A DNA stretch of 32,000 nt from Psychrobacter cryohalolentis K5 (GCF_000013905.1 NC_007969.1:30001-62000); one strand, 5' to 3'. Numbered from the stretch's first letter, positions 16,979-27,542 are shown. The notes: generated by a model from the letters alone, not told the origin. Translations and numbers: made by a program.

Positions 16979-18496
16979 CTAACTATTAGCTAAAGCGGTT
17001 ACTAAACGCTGATGAATACCTTCAAAGCCGCCATTAGACATAATCACAATCGCATCACCAGCCTTGGCATATGTGCAAATATGAGTAATGATATCTTCTA
17101 CGCTAGAGAGTACCTGTTGGCTGCCAATATCTGGATTTGCGATAGTGGCATTATTAATGACTTCTTTTAGACCCCACTCAAGTCCTGTCGGCTCATACCA
17201 TAAGGTATGATCGGCGAGAGCAGCAGACTCAGCCAAGCTGTCTTGATGAATGCCCATTTTCATGGTATTACTACGTGGTTCAATAATTGCCCACAGTCGT
17301 CTATCAGCTAGCTTTTTCTTAGCACCATCCAAAGTAGTCGTAATTGCCGTTGGATGATGAGCGAAATCATCAAAGACCAAGATATCATTTACATTACCTA
17401 TAAGCTCCATCCGACGTTTAATACCGGCAAATGCTGATAACGCCGCACAGGCAGTTTTAACACTGACACCGATGTTATAAGCCGCTGCGACAGCAACCAA
17501 GGCGTTATTCACATTGTGAATGCCGCTCATCGACCAATCGACGACTCCCGTGGCTTCTTTATCAGCAATATCAGCCGCAAAACTAACAGCAAATTGACCA
17601 CCATCTTCGCTGATAAGTTCAGCTTGCCAATCGCTACTATCTTTTACATGCTTATCTTTTGCGTAGGTATTATCTGTTGCATGAGTATTATGTGCCGCTG
17701 AGTCCAATACTGCTGTCCGCCAAACGGGTGTCCAAACACCTTTCGCTAACGTTTCCTCTAAGCTGGCAGTCGCTGTGGGCATAATGATTTTGCCAGTGCT
17801 TGGAATCATGCGCACCATATGATGAAATTGGGTCTGAATAGCATCAAGATCCGCAAAAATATCCGCATGATCAAATTCAAGGTTATTTAAAATAGCCGTA
17901 CGCGGACGATAATGTACGAACTTTGAACGCTTATCAAAAAATGCAGAATCGTATTCATCTGCTTCGATAACGAAATAGCCAGTATTTGCCGAATCGTCAT
18001 TATCAATTTTGTCAGCACCCAAATAACTGCTGTGAGCAAAGACTTGCTGCAAGTGTGCATCAGCAGTATCAACAAGTGGCACACCACCGATTAAAAACCC
18101 AGTGTCGATACCGGCATAGTGCAGTATCCACGCGAGCATGGTCGTCGTCGTGGTCTTGCCATGAGTACCTGCCACTGCGATGACATGGCGAGATTGCAAT
18201 ACTTGCTCAGATAAAAACTGGGGTCCAGAGGTATAGCGTAGACCTGTGTCCAGCATATATTCGATGACATCCATACCGCGCTTCATGGCATTACCAACCA
18301 CGACTAGATCTGGTGCTGGTTGCAAATGCTCTACCAGATAGCCTTGCTCAATGGTCACGCCCGCGTTTTCCAGTTGGGTGGACATCGGCGGATAAACGTT
18401 GGCATCTGAGCCCGTGACCGTATGTCCAAGCTCGCGCGCTAGCAATGCCAGTGAGCCCATAAAAGTACCACAAATACCAAGAATATGAATATGCAT
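16979..18496 (-). CDS. mpl: UDP-N-acetylmuramate:L-alanyl-gamma-D-glutamyl-meso-diaminopimelate ligase (murein peptide ligase)
   Basis: 505 aa. MHIHILGICGTFMGSLALLARELGHTVTGSDANVYPPMS, GTHGKTTTT, EADEYDSAFFDKRSKFVHY and DDFAHHPTA are collinear with E. coli Mpl, with two extra loops. Confidence 0.9.
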   Translation of the reverse strand: MHIHILGICGTFMGSLALLARELGHTVTGSDANVYPPMSTQLENAGVTIEQGYLVEHLQPAPDLVVVGNAMKRGMDVIEYMLDTGLRYTSGPQFLSEQVLQSRHVIAVAGTHGKTTTTTMLAWILHYAGIDTGFLIGGVPLVDTADAHLQQVFAHSSYLGADKIDNDDSANTGYFVIEADEYDSAFFDKRSKFVHYRPRTAILNNLEFDHADIFADLDAIQTQFHHMVRMIPSTGKIIMPTATASLEETLAKGVWTPVWRTAVLDSAAHNTHATDNTYAKDKHVKDSSDWQAELISEDGGQFAVSFAADIADKEATGVVDWSMSGIHNVNNALVAVAAAYNIGVSVKTACAALSAFAGIKRRMELIGNVNDILVFDDFAHHPTAITTTLDGAKKKLADRRLWAIIEPRSNTMKMGIHQDSLAESAALADHTLWYEPTGLEWGLKEVINNATIANPDIGSQQVLSSVEDIITHICTYAKAGDAIVIMSNGGFEGIHQRLVTALANS

Positions 18497-18691
18497 AGAC
18501 GTTCCGTACGAGCTTGAATAAGAGGAATGAAAATCTAACGTAAGCCAATAAAAGAGATTGCTGTATTTTGGATGAGCTAATATTTATCTTAGCAAATTGC
18601 TATTTAAGCCAGTACTCTTTTATGTTGAGCCAACAACCGTAGCACAGCAGGCAAGCGCTCATTGTAAAGTAATCATGGTTCATTGACCAAT

Positions 18692-18716
18692 AAAAAACGC
18701 CTAGTAAATAGGCGTT
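18692..18716 (-). terminator. Rho-independent terminator after the NlpE-like gene
   Basis: aacgcct / aggcgtt stem followed by T6 on the minus strand. Confidence 0.6.
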
Positions 18717-18785
18717 ATCAAAATTATAAAATAGTCTGATTTAGTGTTATCTCAAAGATGCTGTATGGCGTTACTATTCACGCAT

Positions 18786-19409
18786 TTATTGACGTGCTAA
18801 AGCATAGTTTTCATCAGGATTTTTATACTCATCCATCATGATCAAGTGATTATCTTGAATTTGATAGGTTTCGATATTTTTTTTCTCATAAACGATAGTA
18901 ATTACATCATTGTCTTGACGATAGACACCGGATTCTATCAAAGGCGGTTGCGGCGTTTTAGCCTGATTAAAAACACTGGTTTTTAATACTGAACCGTCAG
19001 CGAATAAGTTTAGCGTGAGGTCGATACTGCCACAAGATGGGCAGGGGACAACGCCACCATAATCGCCCATCAAGGTCGCTTGCAACATACTGTCGCTATT
19101 TGCTGCTGAAATCATCGGTGAACGTGCTGAGTTATCATTCGAGTCTGCTGCTGCAATAAGTGCCTGTCCTTCTTGATCAATGTCTTCATTAGCTGATGCT
19201 TTAGCACTATTGTCTTCTAAGGCAGGTTCATCATTATTCAAAACGTTACTTTGGTCGCTGTTAATCGGCGCACCTTGGGTATTTTTATTTGTAGAAGAAG
19301 AGGCACTGTCACAACTCACCAAGGCGATACAGACCGGTACGGCTAATAATAGGCGTAGACAGCGGTTGTTAAGCGAGGAAGCAGAAAATACAGGCGAAAA
19401 ATTTATCAT
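18786..19409 (-). CDS. Lipoprotein with NlpE N-terminal-like domain
   Basis: Trimmed to the ATG at 19409. Lipobox LVSC (CIALVSCDS) and a low-complexity linker. YGGVVPCPSCGSIDLTLNLFADGS...GVYRQDNDVITIVY... matches the NlpE_N pattern (Y-G-x-x-P-C-x-x-C-x-G-I). Confidence 0.65.
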   Translation of the reverse strand: MINFSPVFSASSLNNRCLRLLLAVPVCIALVSCDSASSSTNKNTQGAPINSDQSNVLNNDEPALEDNSAKASANEDIDQEGQALIAAADSNDNSARSPMISAANSDSMLQATLMGDYGGVVPCPSCGSIDLTLNLFADGSVLKTSVFNQAKTPQPPLIESGVYRQDNDVITIVYEKKNIETYQIQDNHLIMMDEYKNPDENYALARQ

Positions 19410-19602
19410 AGTATTACCACAGAGCAGATTTTTAAACAATATTGCTAATTACAGCTGATGTCATTTTGACTCTAAAATCAGCGTAAAAACCACATAGAAC
19501 GAAAACGACTAGAGTAACGACAATAAGCCCGCGTTGCGAGCTTGATTTCGTTAAATTATGTGATAAAAATGGAGAAAATATGAATAGCGCGCCATGCGTT
19601 AT

Positions 19603-20133
19603 TTATCGAGCGAGAGGCTTAGGGGTAGCAGGACGTACGATACGCCACAAGATAAGCAAATGGGTCAGTATCAGAATACTAAATAAAATCAAGGATTGTT
19701 CAGGTATGCTTAAGCCCAGAAACGTCCAGTCAATAGAGGCGCATTCACCAGAGCCCGCAAATACTTCTTTTAATACCTGCTGCATAGGCAAGGTATCAAG
19801 CCAATAATCCAAACCCGGACCACATGACGGGACTTGATCTGCTGGTAAATGCTGCAGCCAAACATGACGTCCTGCGACTATCGCCGCCCAGCCGATACCC
19901 GCTAAACTACCAAGCCAAAGTAGTAGTCTGATAACCATCGATTTTGGATGAAATAAAGCGGCGATTAAAGCAAACCCACCCATGATCATCAGACCAATCC
20001 GCTGAAAAATACAAAGCGGACAAGGTGAAAAACCCATATAACGCTGTAAGAAAAATAGTGCAAAGCTCATGCCTATCGCGGTCATTATGACTAAAAACAC
20101 TTGCAGATTACGGTAAGTGGTCAGCTGTAGCAT
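19603..20133 (-). CDS. dsbB: Disulfide bond formation protein B
   Basis: 176 aa, four TM segments, CPLCIFQR motif and a second periplasmic Cys pair (PSCGP...C). Confidence 0.9.
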   Translation of the reverse strand: MLQLTTYRNLQVFLVIMTAIGMSFALFFLQRYMGFSPCPLCIFQRIGLMIMGGFALIAALFHPKSMVIRLLLWLGSLAGIGWAAIVAGRHVWLQHLPADQVPSCGPGLDYWLDTLPMQQVLKEVFAGSGECASIDWTFLGLSIPEQSLILFSILILTHLLILWRIVRPATPKPLAR

Positions 20134-20188
20134 GGGGCAGATACTCTTATAAAGTGCTTGTTAATAAAGGACAGAAAGATATGAAAGA

Positions 20189-21772
20189 TTAACGATATTG
20201 CTGCAAGAAATCCATGAAATCTTCTGTTTCAGCTGCTTCTATCTCCGCTTGTTGTAAGATGGATTTTTCGGCGAGCACTTCATATTTTGCTTGGGTATTT
20301 GGACTGAGGGTCTGCTGCAATAACGAGTCGCGATGCTGCTGCGCTAAAGTAAAGCCCAACTGCCATAAACTGCCCAAGCGCTTGCTATCAGAGTTCACTT
20401 GCGCTGAAATAGTTGACTCAGAGTGACCAGCTTTGCCTTGCATCAAGGCAACAGCCGCCCGATAATCATTGCCACCATAATGGGCATCTAATAGTGCAGC
20501 TAACGGCTGCATACGGTTCAAATGCATTAGCATCCAGCTCTCTAATGATTGCTCGGCACCATTATTAAGGATTTGTAGATTTTCACAACGACCTTCATTA
20601 ACAACGCGCTCAAGATTGATAGCGAGCGCATCTTCTTCCTCAGGCATTAATTCAGGGGAATCACTAAGCAAGCAATAAAGCGCCATCACTTCTAAAAAGC
20701 AAGCACTAGATAAGCGGATACCGATATCGCTATAAGGGTCCAAATCAATCGCACGAAACTCAACGTAAGCGATACCACGACGCTCAAGTGCTTCAGTTGG
20801 GCTTTCGCCACTCATGGCTATTTGCTTAGGACGAATAGGGCTGTAGTATTCATTTTCTATTTGTAAAATATGATTGTTGATTTGAATAGGATTGCCATTC
20901 TCATCATCTAAGCCAAGCTTCTCAAAGCTTTCGTGCGGGGTTTGAATCGCACGGCGCAGACCTTTGACATATTCGGGCAAATTGTTATAGCGGATATCAA
21001 GGTGCTCTTGCACACTATTGGTGTAACCAAGTTTGCCCATACGCAGGCTGGTAGCAGTTGGTTTATAATAGGTTGAATTATTGAACATCTCAAGGTCGTG
21101 CTCAATCCCTGAAACAAAACAAGGGCAGACACTGGGACTTGCGCCCAATAAATACAGCACCAAGCTGGTCAGGCGCTTAAAGTTACGAATTAGACCCAGA
21201 TATTTATCGTTTTTAAACTCTGTTAATGTCAGAGATTGTGCAGTAGGCGTTTGTGTTTGCCACGCAGTGAATAAATCGTCACCAAATGATAAATTATAAT
21301 GTAAACCTGCAATGGTCTGCATCCGGCGACCATAACGAACACCAAGTCCACTACGGTACAAAGTTTTCAATTTACCCGTGTTAGAGCTACCATAGTCCGC
21401 CAGCGGAATATCTTCATCATTTGATGACAGCATACAAGGCATAGACAGCGGCCACATCAGCTCATCTTCAGGCATACCTTTATAGACCAATAGATGCAGC
21501 TGACGCAGCATATTTAGCGTCTCTTTTGGTGATGACTTGGGGTCGGTAATCAGCTCAAGTAAGCTTTCAGAGTAATCCGTCGTAATAAAAGGATGAGTCA
21601 GCTTGGAGCCGAGTTTGGCAGGGTGCGGCGTTTGGGCCAAATAACCATCAGGCGTCACGCGCAATCCTTCTTTTTCGATACCACGTAACATGCCTGCTAA
21701 ATGCTCGCTGGCAAACCAGTTTGGAATATCAAAATCGACAAAGCTACTCGCAAAATTACTCATAAGGATCAT
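20189..21772 (-). CDS. gshA: Glutamate--cysteine ligase
   Basis: 527 aa. GIEKEGLRV, WPLSMPC, YGSSNTGKLKTLYRSGL and MQTIAGLHYNLSF are collinear with E. coli GshA. The start is ambiguous between 21772 and 21763. Confidence 0.9.
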   Translation of the reverse strand: MILMSNFASSFVDFDIPNWFASEHLAGMLRGIEKEGLRVTPDGYLAQTPHPAKLGSKLTHPFITTDYSESLLELITDPKSSPKETLNMLRQLHLLVYKGMPEDELMWPLSMPCMLSSNDEDIPLADYGSSNTGKLKTLYRSGLGVRYGRRMQTIAGLHYNLSFGDDLFTAWQTQTPTAQSLTLTEFKNDKYLGLIRNFKRLTSLVLYLLGASPSVCPCFVSGIEHDLEMFNNSTYYKPTATSLRMGKLGYTNSVQEHLDIRYNNLPEYVKGLRRAIQTPHESFEKLGLDDENGNPIQINNHILQIENEYYSPIRPKQIAMSGESPTEALERRGIAYVEFRAIDLDPYSDIGIRLSSACFLEVMALYCLLSDSPELMPEEEDALAINLERVVNEGRCENLQILNNGAEQSLESWMLMHLNRMQPLAALLDAHYGGNDYRAAVALMQGKAGHSESTISAQVNSDSKRLGSLWQLGFTLAQQHRDSLLQQTLSPNTQAKYEVLAEKSILQQAEIEAAETEDFMDFLQQYR

Positions 21773-22167
21773 CTGTTGTTATTGGTTATTATTGATTAAA
21801 AAACCATCAATGGCTAATCGGAAAATAGAGAATAGTGACTTCAGTTTAGCCCAAAGACAGGCTAAAAACCACGCACGATTACAAATACGGTCAGTTTTAC
21901 TGAAGGTGAATTCCACACTGTTTGGCAGAAAATCTAGCCATAAAATAGCAGTAAAGCCCTAAGAAAGTTGTGACTTTAATTGATCGTTTTTGCTTATTTT
22001 CTTGAAAGCTTTTATGGAGGGCAACTCTATTTTTATCAATAGCCAATGCACCCAAATTTTTACAGGAAAAATATCTGAAATAAAAAGCACCTACCAATCG
22101 GATAAGTGCCATAGCAAAACAATTCTTTATATAGTCATTGGATATTAAGATATACCAAAGCGAGTAT

Positions 22168-22548
22168 TTAGATCGAGAATGACGAGCCGCAGCCACAAGT
22201 GGTCGTGGCATTAGGGTTGGTCACGATAAAGCGTGCGCCTTCCAAGCCTTCGGTATAATCAACGGTAGAGCCTTGCAGGTATTGATAGCTTAATGAGTCA
22301 ACGACCAAGGTCACATCGTTATTATCGAAGTTGGCATCATCTTCATTGAGCTCATTGGCGAAGTTAAAGCCATAAGAAAAGCCCGAACAGCCGCCGCCCG
22401 TCACATAGACGCGTAGCATCAAGTTGCTATCACCTTCTTCTTCACGCAGGCGACGGACTTTTTGCGCCGCACTGTCAGTCAGGTTCAATACAGTTGGATC
22501 GACAGGTTGGCTTGAGCTTGGATTAAATTGGTTGGCTGGTTGGTTCAT
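22168..22548 (-). CDS. erpA: Iron-sulfur cluster insertion protein ErpA (A-type carrier)
   Basis: 126 aa. [48 protein letters not shown]. Confidence 0.9.
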   Translation of the reverse strand: MNQPANQFNPSSSQPVDPTVLNLTDSAAQKVRRLREEEGDSNLMLRVYVTGGGCSGFSYGFNFANELNEDDANFDNNDVTLVVDSLSYQYLQGSTVDYTEGLEGARFIVTNPNATTTCGCGSSFSI

Positions 22549-23051
22549 ATCTACCTCAATTGCTAAAATCAGATGTTATTATTTTTACGTATGCGAGGTC
22601 GTCTATTGATACAGGCTAAGATGACTTGCCAGTAGCTTTTCATAGCTGCTATTCATGACCTACCGGCAACTGCACTATTTTTTATGCAAGGTATCGCTAT
22701 TTTTGGACAACCACTGCGATATAGACAGCATAGCAACTAAGCTTTAACGGAGAATATCAGCACTTAACTGCCTGATGTCAATAGTGTTTTGCTAGTATAA
22801 CATAGTTGGGCTAATGATTGATTTGTCAAGGGTAACAGTAGCGTTTGCTATTATAACGTACTTATATATGCCCCTTGTTGTTTGTGAATACAAGGGAATT
22901 AGTAGCAGTATAAAGGTTTGAATTTAAAATACTTATTTAATTGTTTGCCTATCGGTTAGGCGTTTGAAATAATAGCCGCCAGTAAACACGCCAGATAAGT
23001 GTTTTTCCTATTGCCTTATGTTTTATATTACCGCTGAGATGAAGAAATTAT

Positions 23052-25043
23052 ATGATCGAATTTAAAGACGTTGGTGTTCGCCGTGATGGTCGTGAGTTGT
23101 TTGCAGGGGCAAGCTTCCAGCTACATCCGGGCCACAAAGTTGGCTTAACGGGCAATAACGGCACCGGCAAATCAACCTTGTTTGCCTTATTATTGACGCG
23201 TATGGGCACTGGCGATACCGAAGTGACGCTAGATAAAGGCGAAGTGAATATTCCTGATAGCTGGCATGTGGCGCATATGGCGCAGGAAGTTGGCGCGACC
23301 ACACAGACGGCGATTGATTACGTGCTAAGCGGTGATGAGCAGTGGTACGAGATTAACGCTACTTTGAATGATTTAAGCAGTGTCAGTGATGAGCAAATCG
23401 GTGTGCTACATCAGCAGTTTGATGAAATCGATGGCTATCGTACCCCAACCAAAGCGGCACAAATCATGGCGGGTCTTGGTTTTAATACTAGCCAACATGA
23501 ATTGCCAGTAGAAGGGTTTTCTGGTGGCTGGCGTATGCGTCTAAACCTTGCTAAGACCTTGATGAGCCGCGCTGACTTAATGCTACTTGATGAGCCAACC
23601 AACCATTTGGATTTGGATGCTATTCTTTGGCTTGAGACTTGGATTAATGCCTTTACTGGTTTAGTCATCGTCATCTCGCATGACCAAACTTTCTTAGATA
23701 ATACTGTCGGTCATATTTTGCACGTTGAGCAGCAAAAAATCACCCTTTATACAGGTAACTATCAACAGTTTATTCGTACCCGTCATGAGCGTATGGCGCA
23801 GCAGCAGCAAGCGTTTGAGAAGCAAGAAGCGACCAAAGCACATTTGGATGACTTTATTCGTCGCTTCCGTGCAAAGGCTAGTAAAGCCAAGCAAGCACAG
23901 AGCCGTATTAAGCAGCTTGAGCGTATGGCGGAGCTGTCTCCGATGATGGCGGATAACCCGTTCTCGTTCCGCTTTTATGAGCCGGCAAATATGAGCTCGC
24001 CATTGATTGAGTTGACCGATGCGGATATTGGTTATAGCGACACGCCGCTACTTTATAATGCAAACGTACAAGTCACTCCTGATACTCGTATTGGGCTGCT
24101 TGGAATGAATGGCGCTGGTAAGTCGACCTTGATTAAAGCTTTGGTCGGTGAGCTTGGCGTATTAAAGGGCAGCTATAACGTTTCTGATACGCTAAAGCTT
24201 GGCTACTTTAACCAGCATCAAATGGATATTCTTGATCCGAAGGCAACGCCGATAGAGATGTTGCGTCGTTTGGCAGGTAAAACGTCTGATGCGATGTTAC
24301 GCTCGTTTTTGGGTAGCTTTGATTTCCGTGGCGACCGTATCGATACCATAAGCGAGCTATTTTCTGGTGGTGAGCGTGCGCGCTTAACATTGGCTTTGAT
24401 TGTTTGGCAACGTCCGAACGTGCTGGTACTCGATGAGCCAACCAACCATTTAGACCTACAAATGCGCCAAGCACTGACCATTGCTTTGCAGGGCTTTGAA
24501 GGGGCAGTGGTATTGGTATCGCATGACCGTGAATTGATTGCCAACGTCTGTGATGAGCTGTTTTTGGTACATGATGGACAAATCGATGAGTTTGATGGTG
24601 ATATAAGCGATTATGGTAAATGGCTTGCCGAAAAGCGTAAGCAGGAAAATTCACAAGATAAAAATACCAGTAAGAAAAAAAGCAAAAAAGAGAGTAAGAA
24701 GTTTGTTTCACGTGAAACAGATGCTAATTCAGTAGGTAGCCAAGCAAGCAAGCAAGTGGGTAAAGATGCGCAGCGCAAGCTGGCCGCTGAACAACGCAAA
24801 TTAACAGCGCCTATTCGCCGTGATATTGAAAATACAGAAAAGACCTTGGCAACAATTGATGGAAAGCTGCTGGTGTTAGAAGAAAAGCTGGCGAATACGG
24901 ATCTTTATGAAGAAAGTCGTAAGGCTGATTTGATGATACTGCTGAATGAGCAAACCGCGCTACAGCAGCAACATAGTCAACATGAAGAAAAATTGCTACT
25001 GGCAATGACAACCTTAGAAGAAATGGAAGCCAATATCGGCTAA
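23052..25043 (+). CDS. yheS: ABC-F family ATPase (YheS-type)
   Basis: 663 aa. Two ABC cassettes (GNNGTGKST / LSGGWRMR / LLDEPTNHLD and GMNGAGKST / FSGGERAR / VLDEPTNHLD), an inter-domain linker, and a K/E-rich coiled C-terminal extension. No TM partner gene. Confidence 0.85.
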   Translation: MIEFKDVGVRRDGRELFAGASFQLHPGHKVGLTGNNGTGKSTLFALLLTRMGTGDTEVTLDKGEVNIPDSWHVAHMAQEVGATTQTAIDYVLSGDEQWYEINATLNDLSSVSDEQIGVLHQQFDEIDGYRTPTKAAQIMAGLGFNTSQHELPVEGFSGGWRMRLNLAKTLMSRADLMLLDEPTNHLDLDAILWLETWINAFTGLVIVISHDQTFLDNTVGHILHVEQQKITLYTGNYQQFIRTRHERMAQQQQAFEKQEATKAHLDDFIRRFRAKASKAKQAQSRIKQLERMAELSPMMADNPFSFRFYEPANMSSPLIELTDADIGYSDTPLLYNANVQVTPDTRIGLLGMNGAGKSTLIKALVGELGVLKGSYNVSDTLKLGYFNQHQMDILDPKATPIEMLRRLAGKTSDAMLRSFLGSFDFRGDRIDTISELFSGGERARLTLALIVWQRPNVLVLDEPTNHLDLQMRQALTIALQGFEGAVVLVSHDRELIANVCDELFLVHDGQIDEFDGDISDYGKWLAEKRKQENSQDKNTSKKKSKKESKKFVSRETDANSVGSQASKQVGKDAQRKLAAEQRKLTAPIRRDIENTEKTLATIDGKLLVLEEKLANTDLYEESRKADLMILLNEQTALQQQHSQHEEKLLLAMTTLEEMEANIG

Positions 25044-25103
25044 TACCGTGAGGTTTTTATCAATTAGTTGTTAATCGAAACCAAGCGATAAAACTCAGTC
25101 ATT

Positions 25104-25136
25104 AAAAAAGGGAAGGCTTACGCCTTCCCTTTTTTT
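25104..25136. terminator. Bidirectional rho-independent terminator
   Basis: aaaaaagggaaggc ttac gccttcccttttttt between convergent genes. Confidence 0.85.
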
Positions 25137-25147
25137 ACTTTATTGCC

Positions 25148-25510
25148 TTACTCTCTACGATATCGACCATCACCATAAGATAGGATTTCCATCGTAGTAG
25201 TACAAAGCTGACAGTTTATTTGACCAGCAGCAGCTTTAGATAAATCAAGGATGCGACCTCGTATAAAAGGTCCTCTATCTGTAATTTTCACAATCACACT
25301 CTGCTTTGTCTTTTTGTTGGTCACTTGTACCTTCGTACCAAACGGCAGCGTTCTATGTGCGGCTGTCAGGGAGTTCATATTGAAGATACTACCACTTGCC
25401 GTGCGCTTACCGTGGAACTTGCTACCGTAGTAGCTGGTATTACCGGCGAAAGCAGTGGCGCTCAATAGTATTGATAAAGTGATGACTAAAGACTTGATTA
25501 AATAAGACAT
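25148..25510 (-). CDS. Small secreted RlpA-like double-psi beta-barrel (DPBB) protein
   Basis: 120 aa, signal peptide ending TAFA. SYYGSKFHGKRTASGSIFNMNSLTAAHRTLPFGTKVQVTN...VKITDRGPF is the RlpA/DPBB_1 signature. Confidence 0.8.
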   Translation of the reverse strand: MSYLIKSLVITLSILLSATAFAGNTSYYGSKFHGKRTASGSIFNMNSLTAAHRTLPFGTKVQVTNKKTKQSVIVKITDRGPFIRGRILDLSKAAAGQINCQLCTTTMEILSYGDGRYRRE

Positions 25511-26053
25511 TTAAAACCTTTTGGCTATTGAAGAAATAGACAGATACTCTTGCCTATGTTATGCATACTCCCTATGAGTACAAATAATATAAAACATCAT
25601 ACAAGAAATAACTTTTCACATTCTTACAGCTCTGTAAAAAAACTCTTTAGGTCAAAAATGCTTTTTTAACAGTAAGTTATGATATATATACCTATTTTGC
25701 TATATTTAGATTGCTGTCAATATAAACAATTTATTGGTCGATTCTCTCATTATAAAATCAGTTAAAAGTAAAAATTTTTCGTATTAAATAGTATGTTTCA
25801 GAGAAAAATATCCTTTGCATACTACTATCTGCCTAGCAGAGACGATAATAATGTATAGCAAGTGCACGGTATCGCTTTTAAGTTGAATCCCCTATATTGG
25901 TAATATTTCTATAATGGTATTTGGTTTTTTTAGCGCTATCATTATAAGTAGACTAGGGTCACAATCTGTTATATCGCCAACCTAATTTCGATTACTAGCG
26001 TTTACAATTGGCATTTCATTATTATTAATAGATCTTATTTTGAGGAACATAAC

Positions 26054-27046
26054 ATGGCAGAAAAAAACTACTATGACATTTTAGGGGTCAACAAAGACGC
26101 CTCAGACGCCGATATTAAAAAAAGATATCGTAAGCTCGTCCGTCAATATCATCCAGATGTCAGCGATGCGCCAGATGCCGATAATAAGATTGCTGAGATT
26201 AATAATGCTTATGAAACCATCAGAGATAAGGACAAGCGTGCTGAATATGATGCGATGCTAAACAATCCTTTTGCTGGTCAAGGTGGCGGTTTTGGCGGGC
26301 AAGCAGGTGCTGGTCAGGGCGGCTTCCGTTGGGAAGATATCAAAGATCAGTTTGGGGAAGGTGAGGCTTATGGCGATGGAGGTTTCCGCTTCGATGATAT
26401 TTTTTCGGCATTTGGACGCGGCGCACGCGGACAAAATAGTGGACAGGCGGGTGGTCAGTCACAGTATGGCGGCTTTAGCAACCAAGATAGCAAAGGTCAA
26501 GATCAACATGCCGAGATTACTGTTGATTTGGCTTCGGTCTATAACGGTGATGACTATAGTATTAAGTTAAATGTTCCGGTGCGTCAGCCAAATGGCAGTG
26601 TGGGCTACGATAATAAAACCCTTAAAATTAAAATCCCTAAAGGCATTACGGATGGCAAGCAAATTCGATTAGCTGGACAAGGAGCGGCTGGCAGTGGTAA
26701 TGGTAAAAATGGTGATTTATTTTTAAAGGTTAAAATCCGTCATGCTTCAAATATCCGTATCGAAGGCGCAGATATTTACCAAACTGTAAACATCGCCCCA
26801 TGGGAGGCAGCACTGGGTGAAAAAATTAATGTTAATACGCCAGCGGGCACACTAGGTGTGACAATTCCTAAAAATAGCAAGTCAGGCAGCAATTTACGCT
26901 TAAAAGGCAAAGGTATTCCTGCTAAAGAAGCAGGCGATTTATACTTAACCCTAAATATTGTCAATCCCGATATCAATAGTGAAGCGGAAACCAACGCTTA
27001 TGAAGCACTAAAAAAAGCCTTCGCTGACACAACCATTGAGCGATAA
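26054..27046 (+). CDS. cbpA: Curved-DNA-binding protein CbpA (DnaJ-like co-chaperone without zinc finger)
   Basis: 330 aa. J domain YYDILGV...YHPDV, a G/F-rich linker, DnaJ C-terminal domains, and no CxxCxGxG repeats. Confidence 0.85.
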   Translation: MAEKNYYDILGVNKDASDADIKKRYRKLVRQYHPDVSDAPDADNKIAEINNAYETIRDKDKRAEYDAMLNNPFAGQGGGFGGQAGAGQGGFRWEDIKDQFGEGEAYGDGGFRFDDIFSAFGRGARGQNSGQAGGQSQYGGFSNQDSKGQDQHAEITVDLASVYNGDDYSIKLNVPVRQPNGSVGYDNKTLKIKIPKGITDGKQIRLAGQGAAGSGNGKNGDLFLKVKIRHASNIRIEGADIYQTVNIAPWEAALGEKINVNTPAGTLGVTIPKNSKSGSNLRLKGKGIPAKEAGDLYLTLNIVNPDINSEAETNAYEALKKAFADTTIER

Positions 27047-27131
27047 ACAAATAGATTTATAAAAGCCGTTTAATACCCTAATAGAGATGTAGACGATAAC
27101 GATAAAATAAAGAAAAACGAGGATAATCGCT

Positions 27132-27455
27132 ATGAAACACTCGCCTGAATTTAATGACATTATCATGAGCTTAGATGAGCTGATATCTGCCTGTGGTCAA
27201 GAGCGCCAGTGGGTGATCGAGCTGATTGAAGAGAACATCATCGAATATGATGTACCAGAGCGCGAGCAGTTTACTGGCTATCAGCTGACGACTGTGCGCC
27301 GTGCGTCCCGCCTAAGTCGCGACTTTGAAGCCAGCGTGCCAGCAATTGGTCTGATACTTGAGCTGTTGGATGAAATCGAGCAACTGCGCCAATTAAAACG
27401 CCAATTGGATATGCAAGCACCCGTTATTGAAGTCACGATTGACCAATTAAAATAG
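27132..27455 (+). CDS. cbpM: Chaperone modulatory protein CbpM
   Basis: 107 aa, directly downstream of cbpA. MerR-like segment and RRASRLSRDFEASVPAIGLILELLDEIEQLRQ resemble E. coli CbpM. Confidence 0.75.
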   Translation: MKHSPEFNDIIMSLDELISACGQERQWVIELIEENIIEYDVPEREQFTGYQLTTVRRASRLSRDFEASVPAIGLILELLDEIEQLRQLKRQLDMQAPVIEVTIDQLK

Positions 27456-27481
27456 TTAAATGAACAGTAAAAGCCGATCAT

Positions 27482-27511
27482 AAAAAAGAGCCCAATCATT
27501 GATTGGACTCT
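27482..27511 (-). terminator. Terminator after sstT (possibly also used by cbpM)
   Basis: agagcccaatc / gattggactct stem (one mismatch), followed by T6 on the minus strand. Confidence 0.55.
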
Positions 27512-27542
27512 TCAGCATTTAAGCATACGATTTTATAGCAAA

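Noticed and set aside
17500-18100. Two extra loops that make Mpl 505 aa instead of about 457 aa
   Set aside because: The insertions are hydrophilic surface-loop-like (e.g. ...HNTHATDNTYAKDKHVKDSSD...) between conserved blocks. This is most simply lineage-specific loop expansion with all catalytic motifs intact.
24208-24711. 167-aa and 108-aa ORFs antisense to the ABC-F gene, plus similar ORFs at 23048-23304 and 23435-23674
   Set aside because: These are shadow frames of a strongly supported ABC-F CDS with both Walker/signature sets intact. The peptides are low-complexity and His/Arg/Ser-rich.
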